Positions 40,265-54,496 are shown, counted from the first letter of the whole stretch. The stretch: 63,629 bases of DNA, filler included, from Collodictyon triciliatum (GCA_043381765.1; 17 parts of 17 records of this genome joined end to end with filler, not necessarily neighbours in it); one strand, 5' to 3'. Notes: generated by a model from the letters alone, not told the origin. Made by a program: numbers and translations.

Positions 40265-40964
40265 ATACAGCGACCTCTGATGCACAGATTCTGATCAGCC
40301 TAACCTATTGGAGTTATTGAGAATACATATAATATATGCATTTTGTATTGGAAATCATAAACATTTTCCTTCTTACACTTTGATTTTTATTTTTCGAGGA
40401 GCCCAAGGATCTAATTATTAAGTGCAGTAAAAGACACCTACACTTCGAAGCCCATATTGGTTTCACTTATGAATTCTTGCCTTATTGGTATAAAAGCAGT
40501 TTAACCTTTTTTTTTCTCCCGTCAAATTATTAAACGGTTTGGATGTGCACGAAAATGAATTATGAGCTTTATGATTTTTTTGGGCCGTTATTTGAATTCG
40601 TTGTCAGGACGTGGTATAATGCCTAACAGTATGTCCTCTTAAAATTACTCCTAGGGCAAGCCTCTGTCACAAGTAAATGGTAGCACGATGGAGCTAAAAA
40701 AAATTTAATTTCCAAAATTTTCATGTGCAATTCATTTTTTAAGCTATAGAATAATGCAATTGATGTGTTACTCCTTTCCGCCAATTTTAAGCTTCATTGA
40801 CATAAAATGTCAAACGTGAGTTGTGTGAATAATGTGTCAATAATTTTTACGCTTGGGTGGTACAAAAAAATGCCCACTTGCTTTTTTAAGCCTCAGAATA
40901 CCGTACAAAACATTCAGTGAGCATACAAAACATACAAAGCGCACAAAGCATACATAGTATCTCA

Positions 40965-41052
40965 CCCGAAAAAATGAGATTGCGGGTTGTGAGAGAAGTC
41001 GATCTTCGCCCGAAAAAATGAGAATGCGCGTTGTGAGGAAAGTCGTCTTTCG
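40965..41052. repeat. 44-bp imperfect tandem duplication
   Basis: CCCGAAAAAATGAGATTGCGGGTTGTGAGAGAAGTCGATCTTCG / CCCGAAAAAATGAGAATGCGCGTTGTGAGGAAAGTCGTCTTTCG. Confidence 0.85.
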
Positions 41053-41190
41053 GTGGTTTACAAGTTGAACCATGATGGTAATTTACCTTTTTGCACATTT
41101 CATTTCGTCAAAGAGGAATTAGTTAAAGGCAGCAAGAGCACCTATTTTTTATTTGTTTTTGTTTTTTCAATATTCATTTCATCAAAACAT

Positions 41191-41689
41191 AAGCAAGAGT
41201 ATTTTGATCGTCTGAAGTAGAATGGGTGACGACGATGCTGGTTCCCAAAATTAAATAAAATAAAGATTAAAAAAAAAATAAGGCTGTTAAATGACGAGTA
41301 CGATGAACGGGAAGAAAGCGAGAGAGAAAAAGGGCTCTTGCAAAACTGAAGAGGCAAAATGGGTTGCGTGAAGAAAGGGAAATCAAAAAGAGAAAATAAC
41401 GAAATAGAAAAGCAAAGGGTGAAAAAATCAAAAAAATGGAGTTTAAGATGTACTGAAGTTTTTTTTTAAAAAATGTGTCCATGTAACATCTCCTGATAAG
41501 ATATGCTACGGGATTATGCCATGGGATTATGACGCCATAAATCAAGGGTTTTCTATATCACTGGGTGGGACGGTTTGTGTTTGTATCATATATGATTTTT
41601 CTTTTTTTCCTTTTTCCTTTTTTCCTTTTTCTTAATTCTTTTGTTTCTTTTTTTCTTTCGCCGGTTCGAAGCACGGGTACCTCAGTTAG
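41191..41689 (+). mobile_element. Non-autonomous Helitron-like element, degenerate copy 2
   Basis: Colinear blocks with 12782-13289. AAGCACGGGTACC followed by TTAG at the same spacing as CTAG in copy 1. Confidence 0.55.
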
Positions 41690-43572
41690 CCTATAGAATA
41701 AATTTGGCATTGAAGCCCCCACCATAATGTCAGAGATGTAATATAAATTCTGATTGCACATCTCAAGGCTCTGCGTAGGTGTCAGATAACCTGCACTATT
41801 GCATCGCGAATATTACGGATTCCAATGAGATGAAGTAATTCTATTCGTGAGAAAAAATCGGCATCAAAATAGTCCTGTCAAGTTACCTTTGAAATGAAAT
41901 TTACTGTGGAAAATAAGTCAGGCGGGCGTCTCTCCTGGTTGATGTGGAGTGTGGGAGCAGGGTATGGACATGTTGCCTGAACATCTCGCGACTCAACACC
42001 ACCTCATACTTACATCGCGGTCAGAGCAGCGGACATTGTTCATATGTTTGTCATTATATTTTTAAATCCTTAGTTATTGAGCCCGTCTCAACAATCTTTC
42101 ATTCAACCATCAGGCAAGCAGTTCCAAAGTAGGTGATGTAAGGGAGATAGAAAAAGAAAAACAGGGATAAAGGGAAAAAAAAAAGGGAAAAGAGAGGTCC
42201 TTGAGGCTTGATAAGAGACGCATGGATTTCTTTTGGGGACGCATGATAGTGTCCCACGAGCATGAGAAAAAGGGACGGATGATATTGATTGGATGGAGGA
42301 GGGGGAATACTGCTTTGATGGCAAAAGGTGTCGAAAAAGATGGTGAAAAAAGAAGTGGGGTTCGTTTGATAAGCACCAGGTCGAGTGCAAAGAGGACTTC
42401 TCTGCATGGTTGACTCACCTCCTTCCAGACCGTATTAGGGTCTTTTCAGTAGGGGTTGTCGAAGGGATTTCTCCCTCTTGCTTGTAAAANNNNNNNNNNN
42501 NNNNNNNNNNNNNNNNNNNNNNNNNNNNNNNNNTTAATTAATTAANNNNNNNNNNNNNNNNNNNNNNNNNNNNNNNNNNNNNNNNNNNNCCTTTATAAAG
42601 AGAACATGATTGAACAACCAATGTATCAATTATTTCTTTACTTTATCAATTTTATATACGAAATATGTGAAAAATTTAACCAAATGATTGACATGTGTTT
42701 TCCTTGATGACATGTTTTATTCATAATTGTGATAAACATTTAATTACTGATATACATAACATATAACTGTCTTATAATATTTCATTCTTTTTAAATCGTG
42801 CAAATTGTTTGAATAATAATTAATTCCATATTTTTACTTATAAGTGTGATATATTTTGATTTAAAAGTGCATATAATTGATTGAAAAAGTCTGTTGTGAA
42901 ATCATCAGCTATTGTGTTATCACAATTGATTTATCACTTAGACAAAACAAACCTATTCTTCTCAAACTGATCCATTTATTATCCTATCATTTAAACTTAA
43001 ACTTGATTTTTTGATTTATTATTATGTCCCAATTATAATGAGGCTACTTAGCATGAGTCCCATACTTTAATATTGTTTTCCGTATGTCGTATGTTGATTG
43101 ATTTGTTTTGATGGCATGTTTCATCCAATAATTGATTAGTGATTTTCCTTTAAGTATCAAATCAAAATCTACTTATAACTGGTACAATAAATGACCTTGC
43201 TGAAAATATTACCGAAGACTAATGAATTTTTATCATTTAATTTTTGAGTTGAAATCGATTTAACCTGATATGATGACTATGTTTTGCATTTTTAATATAT
43301 ATGAATTAACTGATGAAGTCACTATACCATCAAATAAAATTGTCATATTTATCAATGGATATGAATAAGAGTATTCGTATTTTGAGAGATTTTATTACAT
43401 GAGTATTATTGAAGTTATATGAAGATAATCTATCTATGTATTTTTGAATGAATCAATGATAATTGAGTAGAATGATTCAATATTAGATGTTAAATAAAAT
43501 GGGTTGATTCGATATTACACCATTTCATAAAATTTTGTATAAATCTTTAAACACTCATCACATTAGTTTAGA

Positions 43573-46432
43573 ATGAGATTGAATTCAAGGTCGTTTGCAG
43601 CTCTGTTGCTGTTGGGTGAGTTTTAAATTATTTGTTTAATTTTATTGACTTCAAATTACAGATTTTAATTGATATATTTTTAGGATTGATGCTCCACTGC
43701 CAATTGTGTCCTGTTGAAGGGCAAGATGATTCGATACGCACATTGACTGGTCATACTAATAGCATTACCAGTGTTGCTGTTACTCCTGATGGCTCAAAAA
43801 TCATTTCTGGGAGTGATGATAATACAGTCAAAATTTGGAATCTTTCTGATGGAGCTTTGATTCGCACGTTGACTGGTCATACTGATTNNNNNNNNNNNNN
43901 NNNNNNNNNNNNNNNNNNNNNNNNNNNNNNNNNNNNNNNNNNNNNNNNNNNNNNNNNNNNNNNNNNNNNNNNNNNNNNNNNNNNNNNNNNNNNNNNNNNN
44001 NNNNNNNNNNNNNNNNNNNNNNNNNNNNNNNNNNNNNNNNNNNNNNNNNNNNNNNNNNNNNNNNNNNNNNNNNNNNNNNNNNNNNNNNNNNNNNNNNNNN
44101 NNNNNNNNNNNNNNNNNNNNNNNNNNNNNNNNNNNNNNNNNNNNNNNNNNNNNNNNNNNNNNNNNNNNNNNNNNNNNNNNNNNNNNNNNNNNNNNNNNNN
44201 NNNNNNNNNNNNNNNNNNNNNNNNNNNNNNNNNNNNNNNNNNNNNNNNNNNNNNNNNNNNNNNNNNNNNNNNNNNNNNNNNNNNNNNNNNNNNNNNNNNN
44301 NAAATTGTTTCTGGAAGTGATGATAATACAATCAAAATCTGGAATCTTTCTGATGGAGCTTTGATTCGCACATTGACTGGTCATACTCATTCGGTTCTCA
44401 GTGTTGCTGTTAATCCTGATGGGTCAAAAATCGTTTCTGGAAGTGATCATAATACAATCAAAATCTGGAATCTTTCAGATGGTGCTTTGATACGCACATT
44501 GACTGGTCATACTGATTCGGTTTACAGTGTTGCTGTCACCCCTGATGGTTCTAAAATTGTTTCAGGAAGTTTCGATAATACAATCAAAATCTGGAACCTT
44601 TCTGATGGAGCTTTGATTCGCACATTGACTGGTCATACTCATTCGGTTCTCAGTGTTGCTGTTACTCCTGATGGCTCAAAAATTGTTTCTGGTGGTGGTT
44701 ATGAAGGTGGAACAATCAAAATCTGGAATCTTTCTGACGGAGCTTTGATTCGCACATTGACTGGTCATACTGATTCGGTTTACAGTGTTGCTGTTACTCC
44801 TGATGGCTCAAAAATTGTTTCCGGTGGAAGCTATGATTATACAATCAAAATTTGGAATGTTCCTGAATTACAATGCATTCTTGGTCAGTTTTATGATTTA
44901 GAATCAAAATCTTGTCAGCCATGCCCATCTGGAAGCTACAGTTTTGGAGGGACTTCATCTTGCATTATGTGCCCTACTGGTACATACAATCCATCAACTG
45001 GCCAGTCTGCCTGCCTTTCATGTGCAACTGGTACATACAACCCATCAAATGGTTCCTCTAGTGTTGATTCCTGTCTTTCATGCGCAGCTGGCACATACAA
45101 TCCATCTACGGGTTCCTCTAGTGTTGGTGCTTGTCTTTCATGTGCAGCTGGCACATACAATCCATTTATTGGTCAATTAACCTGTTTTTCATGTGCAGCT
45201 GGCACATACAATCCATTTATTGGTCAATCTGCTTGTCTTTCATGTGCAGCTGGCACATACAATCCATTTATTGGTCAATCTGCTTGTCTTTCATGTGCAG
45301 CTGGCACATACAACCCATCAACTGGTTCCTCTAGTGTTGATTCCTGTCTTTCATGCGCAGCTGGTACATACAATCCATCTACGGGTTCCTCTAGTGTTGA
45401 TGCTTGCCTATCATGTGCCATTGGCACATACAATCCATTTATTGGTCAATTAACCTGTCTTTCATGCGCAGCTGGCACATACAATCCATCTACGGGTTCC
45501 TCTAGTGTTGATGCTTGCCTATCATGTGCCATTGGCACATACAATCCATTTATTGGTCAATCTGCTTGTCTTTCATGTGCAGCTGGCACATACAACCCAT
45601 CAACTGGTTCCTCTAGTGTTGGTGCTTGTCTTTCATGCGCAGCTGGTACATACAATCCATTTATTGGTCAATCTGCTTGTCTTTCATGTGCAGCTGGCAC
45701 ATACAACCCATCAACTGGTTCCTCTAGTGTTGGTGCTTGCCTTTCATGTGCAGCTGGCACATACAATCCATTTATTGGTCAATCTGCTTGTCTTTTATGT
45801 GCAGCTGGTACATTTAACCCGTCAATTGGCTCTGTAAGTATTAATGCTTGTCTTTCATGTACAGCTGGTACGTATAATCCATATAGTGGTCAGTTTTCTT
45901 GTCTTTCCTGTACGACTGGCACATACAACCCATCAAATGGTTCCTCTAGTATTAGTTCTTGTATTTCATGTGCACCTGGAACCTATAGCTCATCAACTGG
46001 CCAAATAGCTTGTACTTCCTGTCCGAGTGGAACATATAATCCATTCACTGGCTCTTCAAATCCTAGCTCCTGTATAGCTTGTGATGCTGGCACTTATAAC
46101 CCTATAAATGGTTCTACTTCTATTGAAAATTGCCTGCCATGTGGACCAGGGACGTTCAATTACAAAAAAGGACAGGCTTTATGTGATCCATGTGAGCCAG
46201 GAACTTACACCAGCGATGAAGGAAGGAAGAACTGCCTAGATTGTCCACCTGGACAATACAACAGCAAATACGGTCAATCTGAATGCAGTATGTGTCCTTT
46301 TGGAACATATAATCCTATTAGAAAGAGCACTAACTCGTCGTCCTGTATTCAATGCGAAGTAGGTACATACAATAGTGTCGATGGAAAATCAACTTGTTTT
46401 GATTGTCCTGCGGGATTTTATATGGATGAGAG
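43573..46432 (+). CDS. Signal-peptide WD40 protein with a long Cys-rich repeat stalk (paralog of 19826), internal gap, 3' partial
   Basis: ATG at 43573; intron 43616-43683 gives MRLNSRSFAALLLLGLMLHCQLCPVEG-QDD. Near-identical WD repeats to about 44860, then at least 27 CxxC-xxGTYNP units (GCC2_GCC3/ephrin-receptor-like). Confidence 0.9.
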
Positions 46433-46533
46433 NNNNNNNNNNNNNNNNNNNNNNNNNNNNNNNNNNNNNNNNNNNNTTAATTAATTAANNNNNNNNNNNN
46501 NNNNNNNNNNNNNNNNNNNNNNNNNNNNNNNNT

Positions 46534-46613
<80 letters not shown>

Positions 46614-46704
46614 TCCTTCTTTCTTTCCTTCTTTCCTTCCTTCTTTCCTTGGAAAGCCACAGTTTATCTCGCTTTCGTTGCTAATATTTTTATGCTGTAT
46701 GTAG

Positions 46705-49046
46705 GCCTGGCAATCTATGTTACCCTGGCGTGCTTCATTGAGAAGGGAATCGCATCCAGTCGTCTGTCAGAGACTCTTGGAATGTCGTTACACACTATCA
46801 ACATAATCTCGTCTCTGGTTTTTCCAAATGTAGCTGTCTGGGTTCTTCGTCCCAATCCATGTAAGTTTGAAGTGTATCTGTGTATTTAACTTTTTTTTTT
46901 TCCCTTCTGAACTATCATACACATTCCTGAATCCACTCGTAAGGTGATGAGTCTCAGCTTTTCAAGAATTGTCATTCTTTTTAGTTTCGGGCTCGATTCT
47001 CACCTCCTATTCCATCATCTTGTTTCTAAAACTCACCTCATATGGATTGGTCAATATGGAGTGCCGCATTCTGAAAAAGAATGCTCCAAGAGGTTACGAT
47101 ATTCTCTGACTTTTATCTCTCATGTATCGATTTAAAGAAAAAAAATCCATTTTTCCTATGTACCGCTCAGCGACTACAATATTGGTGGTTTTGTGAATAA
47201 ATTATCTCAATATATTCACCCATAAGTACACTTATAGATTCCAAAAAGGAGGAAAAGCCTTCGCTGGTTGTTTATCCAGAGAATTTGAATCTTAAAGGTA
47301 TATCTTGCCATCTTACTTGCATGTTAAACAGAATTACATGTTTCCAAGCGCGTTATATCTGGTACTTTTTTTTCAAAAAATAGAGCTTTACTTTGAACTT
47401 TTCTCTTCTTGTCTTGACATCGTGAATAGATATCTTCTACTTTATGATGGCCCCCACCCTTTCATACGACCTCAACTTTCCTCGAAACGAAAAGATTCGA
47501 TGGAAAGATTTGCTGAAGAAAATCGGAGAGCTGGTAAGTTCCTTAGAAGTAAGAACGTTTTACTTGCTGTCTCCATTGCTCATAAACCTATCTAAATAGT
47601 TCGTCGTCATCGCTATCCAGACGGTCATTGTCGAGCAAGTAATAATTCATTTATATATGTTTATTGCTGGTCGGAAAAAAAGTAATTAATTTGTCATCCT
47701 CTTTGGTCTGGTATTACTAATTTTCTATATGAAAATAAAATAGTATATGGTGCCGACTGTACGTCATGCTATCGAACCCATCAATGCGAGAGAGGCCGAT
47801 CGTATGCTGGAGCGTCTATTAAAGTTGGCGGTATGTATAATCCAATTTAATGTTTTGGATCATTTACTGTTTTAGGGCACCAATGGGTTAGTTCATTTTA
47901 ACGTAACCACCTTTTGAACATTAAAAAAAAATATGGATATATCCAATAGATTCCAAACTTGTACGTCTGGTTGCTCATGTTTTATGGTAACTTTATTTTT
48001 TTTTTTTTTTTTTTTTGCATATCTCCACAGTGCGTATCAAGCAAAAACAAATAAATATAAGGCGATTTTCGGGCATTTTTTCAAACTACTATCTTGTCTT
48101 TTATGTACGATGAAACCCTGATAGGCTACTTCCATCTTTACTTGAATATCTTCGCCGAAATTCTGAGATTTGCTGACAGAGATTTCTATCACGATTGGTG
48201 GTATGAATCATTTCATTCGTTACATTTATGCTAGATTTAATACATAAGGCATCATTGTGTATATTCAATATAATATTTGTTGGTGCTTCACTTTACCATC
48301 AGGAATTCAACACATGTTGACCAGTTTTGGCGCAACTGGAATATCCCTGTTCATATTTGGATGGTGAAACACATTTGGATTCCCTCTCAGCACTATAAGT
48401 TGAAGAAAACCTATATGGTTGTGGTGATATTTTTCATCTCAGCCGTCTTCCATGAGGTAATATCGCGTATGAAAATCGATACAGCCCCAGATTAAATCTT
48501 GCAGCTATATTAAAGTTTTTTTTTGAATCCACCAACTAGCTATTGGTCAGTGTCCCATTCCACACAGTTAACTTTTGGGCTTTCGGCGCCATGATGGCCC
48601 AAGTTCCCTTTTCCTTCATGACAAAGTTCCTGGAAAATCACACTGCAGGAAATATTGTCTTCTGGTTGAGGTAAATTTACGTAAGATAAGAAAAAAAAAA
48701 AAAAGAAGTGGTACTGTGAGAAAGAAGAAAAGAAAAAGAAAAGAGCAATTGGGGGTCCCTTTTTTATTTATTTTTTTTTATTTCTCTTCCTTTTGTCTTT
48801 GTGTATTTGATTCTCTTTGTATTTGACTTACTGTTTTGCTTTGCGAAATAGCATTATCCTAGGGCAGCCCTTCGCCATCCTTGCATGTAATGGATTAACT
48901 TGTAGTATATGTCGCATCATGTTCACAAGTCAATCGCTCTTGCGGAGTCGCGCCCACACTCACTCACTGCACATTCTTTGGCCTTGGTAGATGCCGTTGA
49001 CTACTACGGAAAGGCTGTGCCAGAGGCAGGAATGTCGCTTGACTAG
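46705..49046 (+). CDS. DGAT1: Diacylglycerol O-acyltransferase 1 (MBOAT), multi-exon, 5' partial
   Basis: FLKLTSY, YPENL, YFMMAPTLSY, ERLLKLAIPNLYVWLLMFY, LRFADRDFYHDWWN, FWRNWNIPVH, SAVFHELLVSVP, GNIVFWLSIILGQP. Confidence 0.95.
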
Positions 49047-49553
49047 AAAGCGCGTGCTTGGTGGAGATGTGAAGAAGAAAACGGGCGAAGCGCCTTCAAA
49101 GCAACAGGCGCCACGAAACGCTTGAAATATGACTCACTCGCCGGTCGTGTCGCCGCGTTATACTCCACTCCATCCCAGAATAAAATCACGCCTTATCTCC
49201 CCATCACTTTGGACACGCGCGTCTCTCTCCTACCAACCGCTTCATCTCGACAATTCTGTTATGGTTTTTGTCAGTTTAAGGAGTGCAGGATGGAGTCATT
49301 TGCGCAAAGACAGTAGGGATGAGGTGAATGGCATGTGTGATTCAAGTGGGGTGTGTGAGTCTCTACGCTCCCAGTCGTCGTGGCAGTCTTGACTTTGTTA
49401 TCGCGCTTGATATTATGAAGCACGTGCATTTATTGATGCATTGCACAAGTTCGTGAGACTGTCTATGTCATACCTGACAAATGCTAATTGGTGCCCGATT
49501 ATGCCCTTTTTTTTACATTACAAAGAGAAGCAAAAGATTGATGATGATAAACT

Positions 49554-49657
<104 letters not shown>

Positions 49658-49820
49658 CTCGTCGTGGCAAAATATAGTAATTTTTATTTCAAACTAGTTG
49701 AGATGCAATCAGGCTGACACGGATTCTTGCTTGACTTCGTTATCAACCGCGCTTTAGCCAGAAAGAAAAGAAGATGAAAACAAAGTATTCTTAATTGCTT
49801 GACATTTCCTGCTGCCAGTA

Positions 49821-50257
49821 TCATAGTCCTGATGTTCGCTTATCCCAAGCATCATCAACTTGCCGAGCATGAGCGCTATTTGGACGAGCTTTCCTTCCAC
49901 GCCTAGGTTGAAATGTAAGGTGATGCACTAGAAGCAATTTAGACTGAATCAAAATAAACGAGAATTTGCTTGAAGTCTATTTACGATGGCAAAGACCATA
50001 AGGTAATAACGTTTTTCTTTCGATAAATATTGTGTACTGGTTGGAACTGGGGAGTTGTTTTTTCTGGTTCGGTTTGGTTTGGATTGGGGGTTTTTTTTTT
50101 AAAAAAAAAACCTCATGGAGGGACAAAGATTAAGGTGTTGAAATGCAAACTAAAGAACGAGGTAAAACGTAAAAGATATCGCATATACCCATTGGGATCT
50201 TCAGCAGACTGCGTTTGCGGGCGTTCGGGGATATTTGGCTGGGGTGGGGGTTCGACA
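49821..50257 (-). CDS. Last two exons of a hypothetical protein
   Basis: In-phase splice gives VEPPPQPNIPERPQTQSAEDPNG|RGRKARPNSAHARQVDDAWDKRTSGL*. Confidence 0.4.
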
Positions 50258-50297
50258 CTGCATTTCACAAAGATTATGTCACACTACGCGCCCAGAG

Positions 50298-50378
<81 letters not shown>

Positions 50379-50699
50379 NNNNNNNNNNNNNNNNNNNNNN
50401 NNNNNNNNNNNNNNNNNNNNNNTTAATTAATTAANNNNNNNNNNNNNNNNNNNNNNNNNNNNNNNNNNNNNNNNNNNNCGCGCCGCCCACAAGGGACGTG
50501 ACGGTAGCAACTCTTTCCGAAAAAAAAAAAAAAAAAAAAAGAAAGAAAGAAAAAGGGAGAGGCAATGCTGGATAAAATTGCTTCGAGAATATTATTTTTG
50601 TCCTTTCTATTGATTAAAAAAAAAAAAATAGATTAAAGACCAGGGCAGGATAAGACCAAAACTACGGTTCGGAGAGGGGAAGAAGACATTTAATCATAC

Positions 50700-52390
50700 C
50701 TGCTCCATCATCACTTTGTCGTTGAGACCAAACTTGCATTCGGGCATGCCAGACAAAAAGCTCTTGATCATAATCTGACCAGAAACATCGCTGCGAAGAA
50801 CAGTACCTGCGGTAATTATTTTTTTAGGGGGGGGGGGGGGGGGGTGGTGAAAAAAGGAAAATTAATATATAGAGGAAGGTTTTTTTTTAAAAAAAAAAAA
50901 AAAAAAAAAAAGGGGATTATGAACATGAGAAGTTAACCATTACAGGAATGAATTTTTTGACTAAAAATATCATAGATAAAGAAAATGTCGAAATGTGAAA
51001 CGAATGAGGATTTTTTTCTATTCATTAAAATATGAAAATATAGAAATCACCCTTTGTTGAAAGCAGGAGATTGACGCTTTCGATGACGTCAATAAAGATT
51101 TCATTCTTCCTGTACTTAATGTCAGGTCTTCTCCAGCCAACAGCACCGGTGGCTTGCATGGTGATTTGAGATTGGTCCAACTACATTCATTGATTTTGTC
51201 ATGCAATAGACCGAATTCAACTGATCAAGTTGATAAATATTTAGCAAAGTGCTTACGGCGCTCTTCTCAGACAGGACACCCTCTTGCATGATATAAAGTT
51301 TCAGGGTGGCGATCTCCGTGTTTTGAGGATATCCATAATCCAAGATTTCTATTTCGCAATAGGGTTCATTAATTAATTAATATGAAATATAAAATAATGA
51401 GAAATGGGAATGAAAAATATGTACATTTCGCATAAATTAACAGGTTGTTGCTGCTTACCATCAAGAAGTTCATAGATCAAAACAAAGTTGTTTCGAACGG
51501 CATCCTCGTCAAAGACACCTCCGAAGTAAGCCTGTTACAGTGTAAATAATATTATGAGCATAATTGCCTCAGAAAAGGTTCAAGCGAATAGCAGTGATAT
51601 GTTTCTCCCTTGCACGAGCAGATAGCAGCTAAATGCGACATCACCTTGAATATGGAGAGCATTTTGAAGAGGAACTCAAAGACAAGACTAGCGCTGGCAT
51701 TTTGACGGGTGACAGCAACGATGTATAAGTCTTGATGTCTCACGTAGAGGTAAGAAGTTTGGCTGACCTACCGAACCAGAATAGAGGATGAACATGAAAA
51801 GTGCAATATTAGTTGCATAGCCTTATTGTGAATACGATACATATTGTTTTCCAAGTCTATAAAAATGACAGAAAAAAAAAGCACACAGTTTACGATAGAT
51901 ACAGCGGGGGAAAGAAAAATGAACGAGTCATTGAGCCCTTTTGGTTTTAGATTTGTGGTGTTTGTAGAGATTTACCGTGACGTGAACAATTGGGTTGTTT
52001 TCGGACTTTTGGTTCAAGATGTGCTGGCGGAAGTTGTCCACAACGCCACGCCTAGGAGGGGAGGAAAGTTTCATGTTTGTATTATTTTTTAATTTATATA
52101 ATAAGATTCAACAGTCAAGGTTTAGTTTACCTACCTGTGTTGTATATTTAGAGGTTTTATTTTTATTTTTAAGCATTTTTTGATCCTCGGCATACAAGCA
52201 GGTTTTTATTTTATTTTATTTTTGACCTCAACAAACGAGCAGTCCAAAAGGTTATGTCTATGAAAAAAAAAAATATAGAAATCAAGGTAGAAACGACAAA
52301 AGCTTACCCCAGGTCATCTCGATAGACACGCGAGATGAGAAGCTCTCCACGGTCGGTCTTTGCACTGAGGAAGAATATGGCGCTGATCAT
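50700..52390 (-). CDS. AP2M1: AP-2 complex mu subunit, 3' partial
   Basis: [104 protein letters not shown]. Confidence 0.93.
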
Positions 52391-53470
52391 TTCTGACGAA
52401 GGACAAGCTGTGATCGAGACTCGCAGTTAAATTAAGAATCAGACAATTGAAAGATAAGCTCAGAAGATAAGAATTAATCTGTAAGTAAAAAAAAAAAATA
52501 ACAAAAAAAAAGTAGTGTTTCCAAGAGGATTTCAGTCAGTGCCGCGTTTTTTTCCATTCCGTATTTCTTTTTTCTCTTTTTTTTTTTTTTTCTTCCTCTG
52601 GTGAGTAGAGCCAAGGGGTTTGTCCCAAGAGAAAGAGGCCTTTGGACAAGTGATCGACAAGGTTGACCCTCGGGCGGAGAGAGCGCCGCGTTGAAAAGTT
52701 GGCCAACACGTTTGCACGGGTTGATGTCCAGCATTTGAGAATATTCGAAAGTGGTTCGGCAACGCCTTCCCAGTCCGCGACCGACAGCCTCAAAGTCGCT
52801 CTGCGTCATGGCCGAAGCGCACGCCAGTCTGATCGTCCTCGCGACTTGTTTCTTTCTCTACGAGCTTTGGATTCATCTCCTTTGCTGCGAATTTGTGATT
52901 CATGTACGAACGGATCGAACGAATTCTTCCCATATTCTCACATATCATTTGGTAAGAAAAAATAATGCATTAATTATATGGAAATATGCCTTTTGTAGCT
53001 ATTTTTCTGCACACACAAAAGTGTGAAAAATCCAACCTAGTTTGAATGGGTGTTGACATTTCACCCATAACACATGCATCACAAGTCGGCCACCAGCTGT
53101 GGATTTCTGATGCCACCAAACGCTCGGGCACAGACTCACTTACAGGCTTATGACATGAATACTGTGCTGTACCATAAAAATCTGCAAAATAATCATTATA
53201 AAGTTGAAGCACATCCAATACACCCCATAATTATATATTCCACATTTGTAGTTGAAGGGATGAGTCCTGCCTGTGAAAAAATTCACTTTTTTTATGTTTG
53301 TAATGTTTTGTTTCCGTTCCCACACCCCCACCCGATTGGAATGCGCCTTTGGTTTTTATCAGGTTCATCGTATAAATATAAAGCCATTAGTTGTTCAAAG
53401 CCCTGATTTTTTTTATTCCTTCCGAATGTGTTCGAGATAGAGATAAAGGAAAAACGTATATCTCTGGTAC

Positions 53471-54007
53471 TTAAACATCAAGGAGGCTGATGGACAATTT
53501 CTCAGCCTGGGTACATATATATTTTTTGGCACAGCGATTTTAAAATCGAACGAAAATTGAACGAAAATTGAACGTGATATTCAGTAATATGGAATGCTTC
53601 ACCATGTGTCTATCCAAAAAAACAAACAAACAAACAAACAAACAAACAAACAAACAAACAAACAAACAAACAAACAAACAAACAAACAGATTCGTCAATT
53701 AAATCTTAGTATTTCGTTGCTTGGATACCTGTTCCTCAACAGATCTGATAACCTCTGCGTTGTCCATAAATCCAGAGAAAGTGTAAATCTATTGGGAGAA
53801 ATAGTGAAATTGTTGGGGCTAAACTAGTAAAAATTGGCGTATGCATCAATAGAAAAAAGAAAAAAAAGGCAACCTGAACATCACCATAGCACAGTTGCGT
53901 TTTTTCATTAATAAAAAAAAATGTGATTGCACTAAATCTATCATACAAACTTTTTCATCTTTGAGGCGGAATCGGATACCCGTAGGTAAAGCCCCCATAA
54001 GTGTCAA
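53471..54007 (-). CDS. C-terminal exons of a possible GRAM/PH-like domain protein
   Basis: Spliced LTLMGALPTGIRFRLKDEK|IYTFSGFMDNAEVIRSVEEQ|AEKLSISLLDV*; loosely GRAM-like. Confidence 0.35.
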
Positions 54008-54419
54008 CTACGTTTTTTTTTTTATGCTTTAAGTTATCATTTTTCGTGATCGATTCAACAAATACATATTTTTTTTTTAATAATACGCCACAATGGGAGT
54101 TTTTTGGGGTCTCTTGATAGGAATACACAATTGATTCAGAATAAACAAAGACGATTTTTACTCTGGCGAAAGAAACCGAAAGAAACCGAAAGAAACAAAA
54201 AAAAATCAAAAAAATCAAAAAAATCAAAAAAATCAAAAAAATCAAAAAAATCAAAAACAAAAACAAAAAGAAAAAGAAAAGAAAAGAAAAGAAAAGAAAA
54301 GAAAAGAAAAGAAAAGAAANNNNNNNNNNNNNNNNNNNNNNNNNNNNNNNNNNNNNNNNNNNNTTAATTAATTAANNNNNNNNNNNNNNNNNNNNNNNNN
54401 NNNNNNNNNNNNNNNNNNN

Positions 54420-54496
<77 letters not shown>

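Noticed and set aside
53874-53946. Possible GT-AC intron and mini-exon (LCYGDVQ)
   Set aside because: A canonical GTTTGT...AG intron joins LKDEK to IYTFSGF in frame without it.
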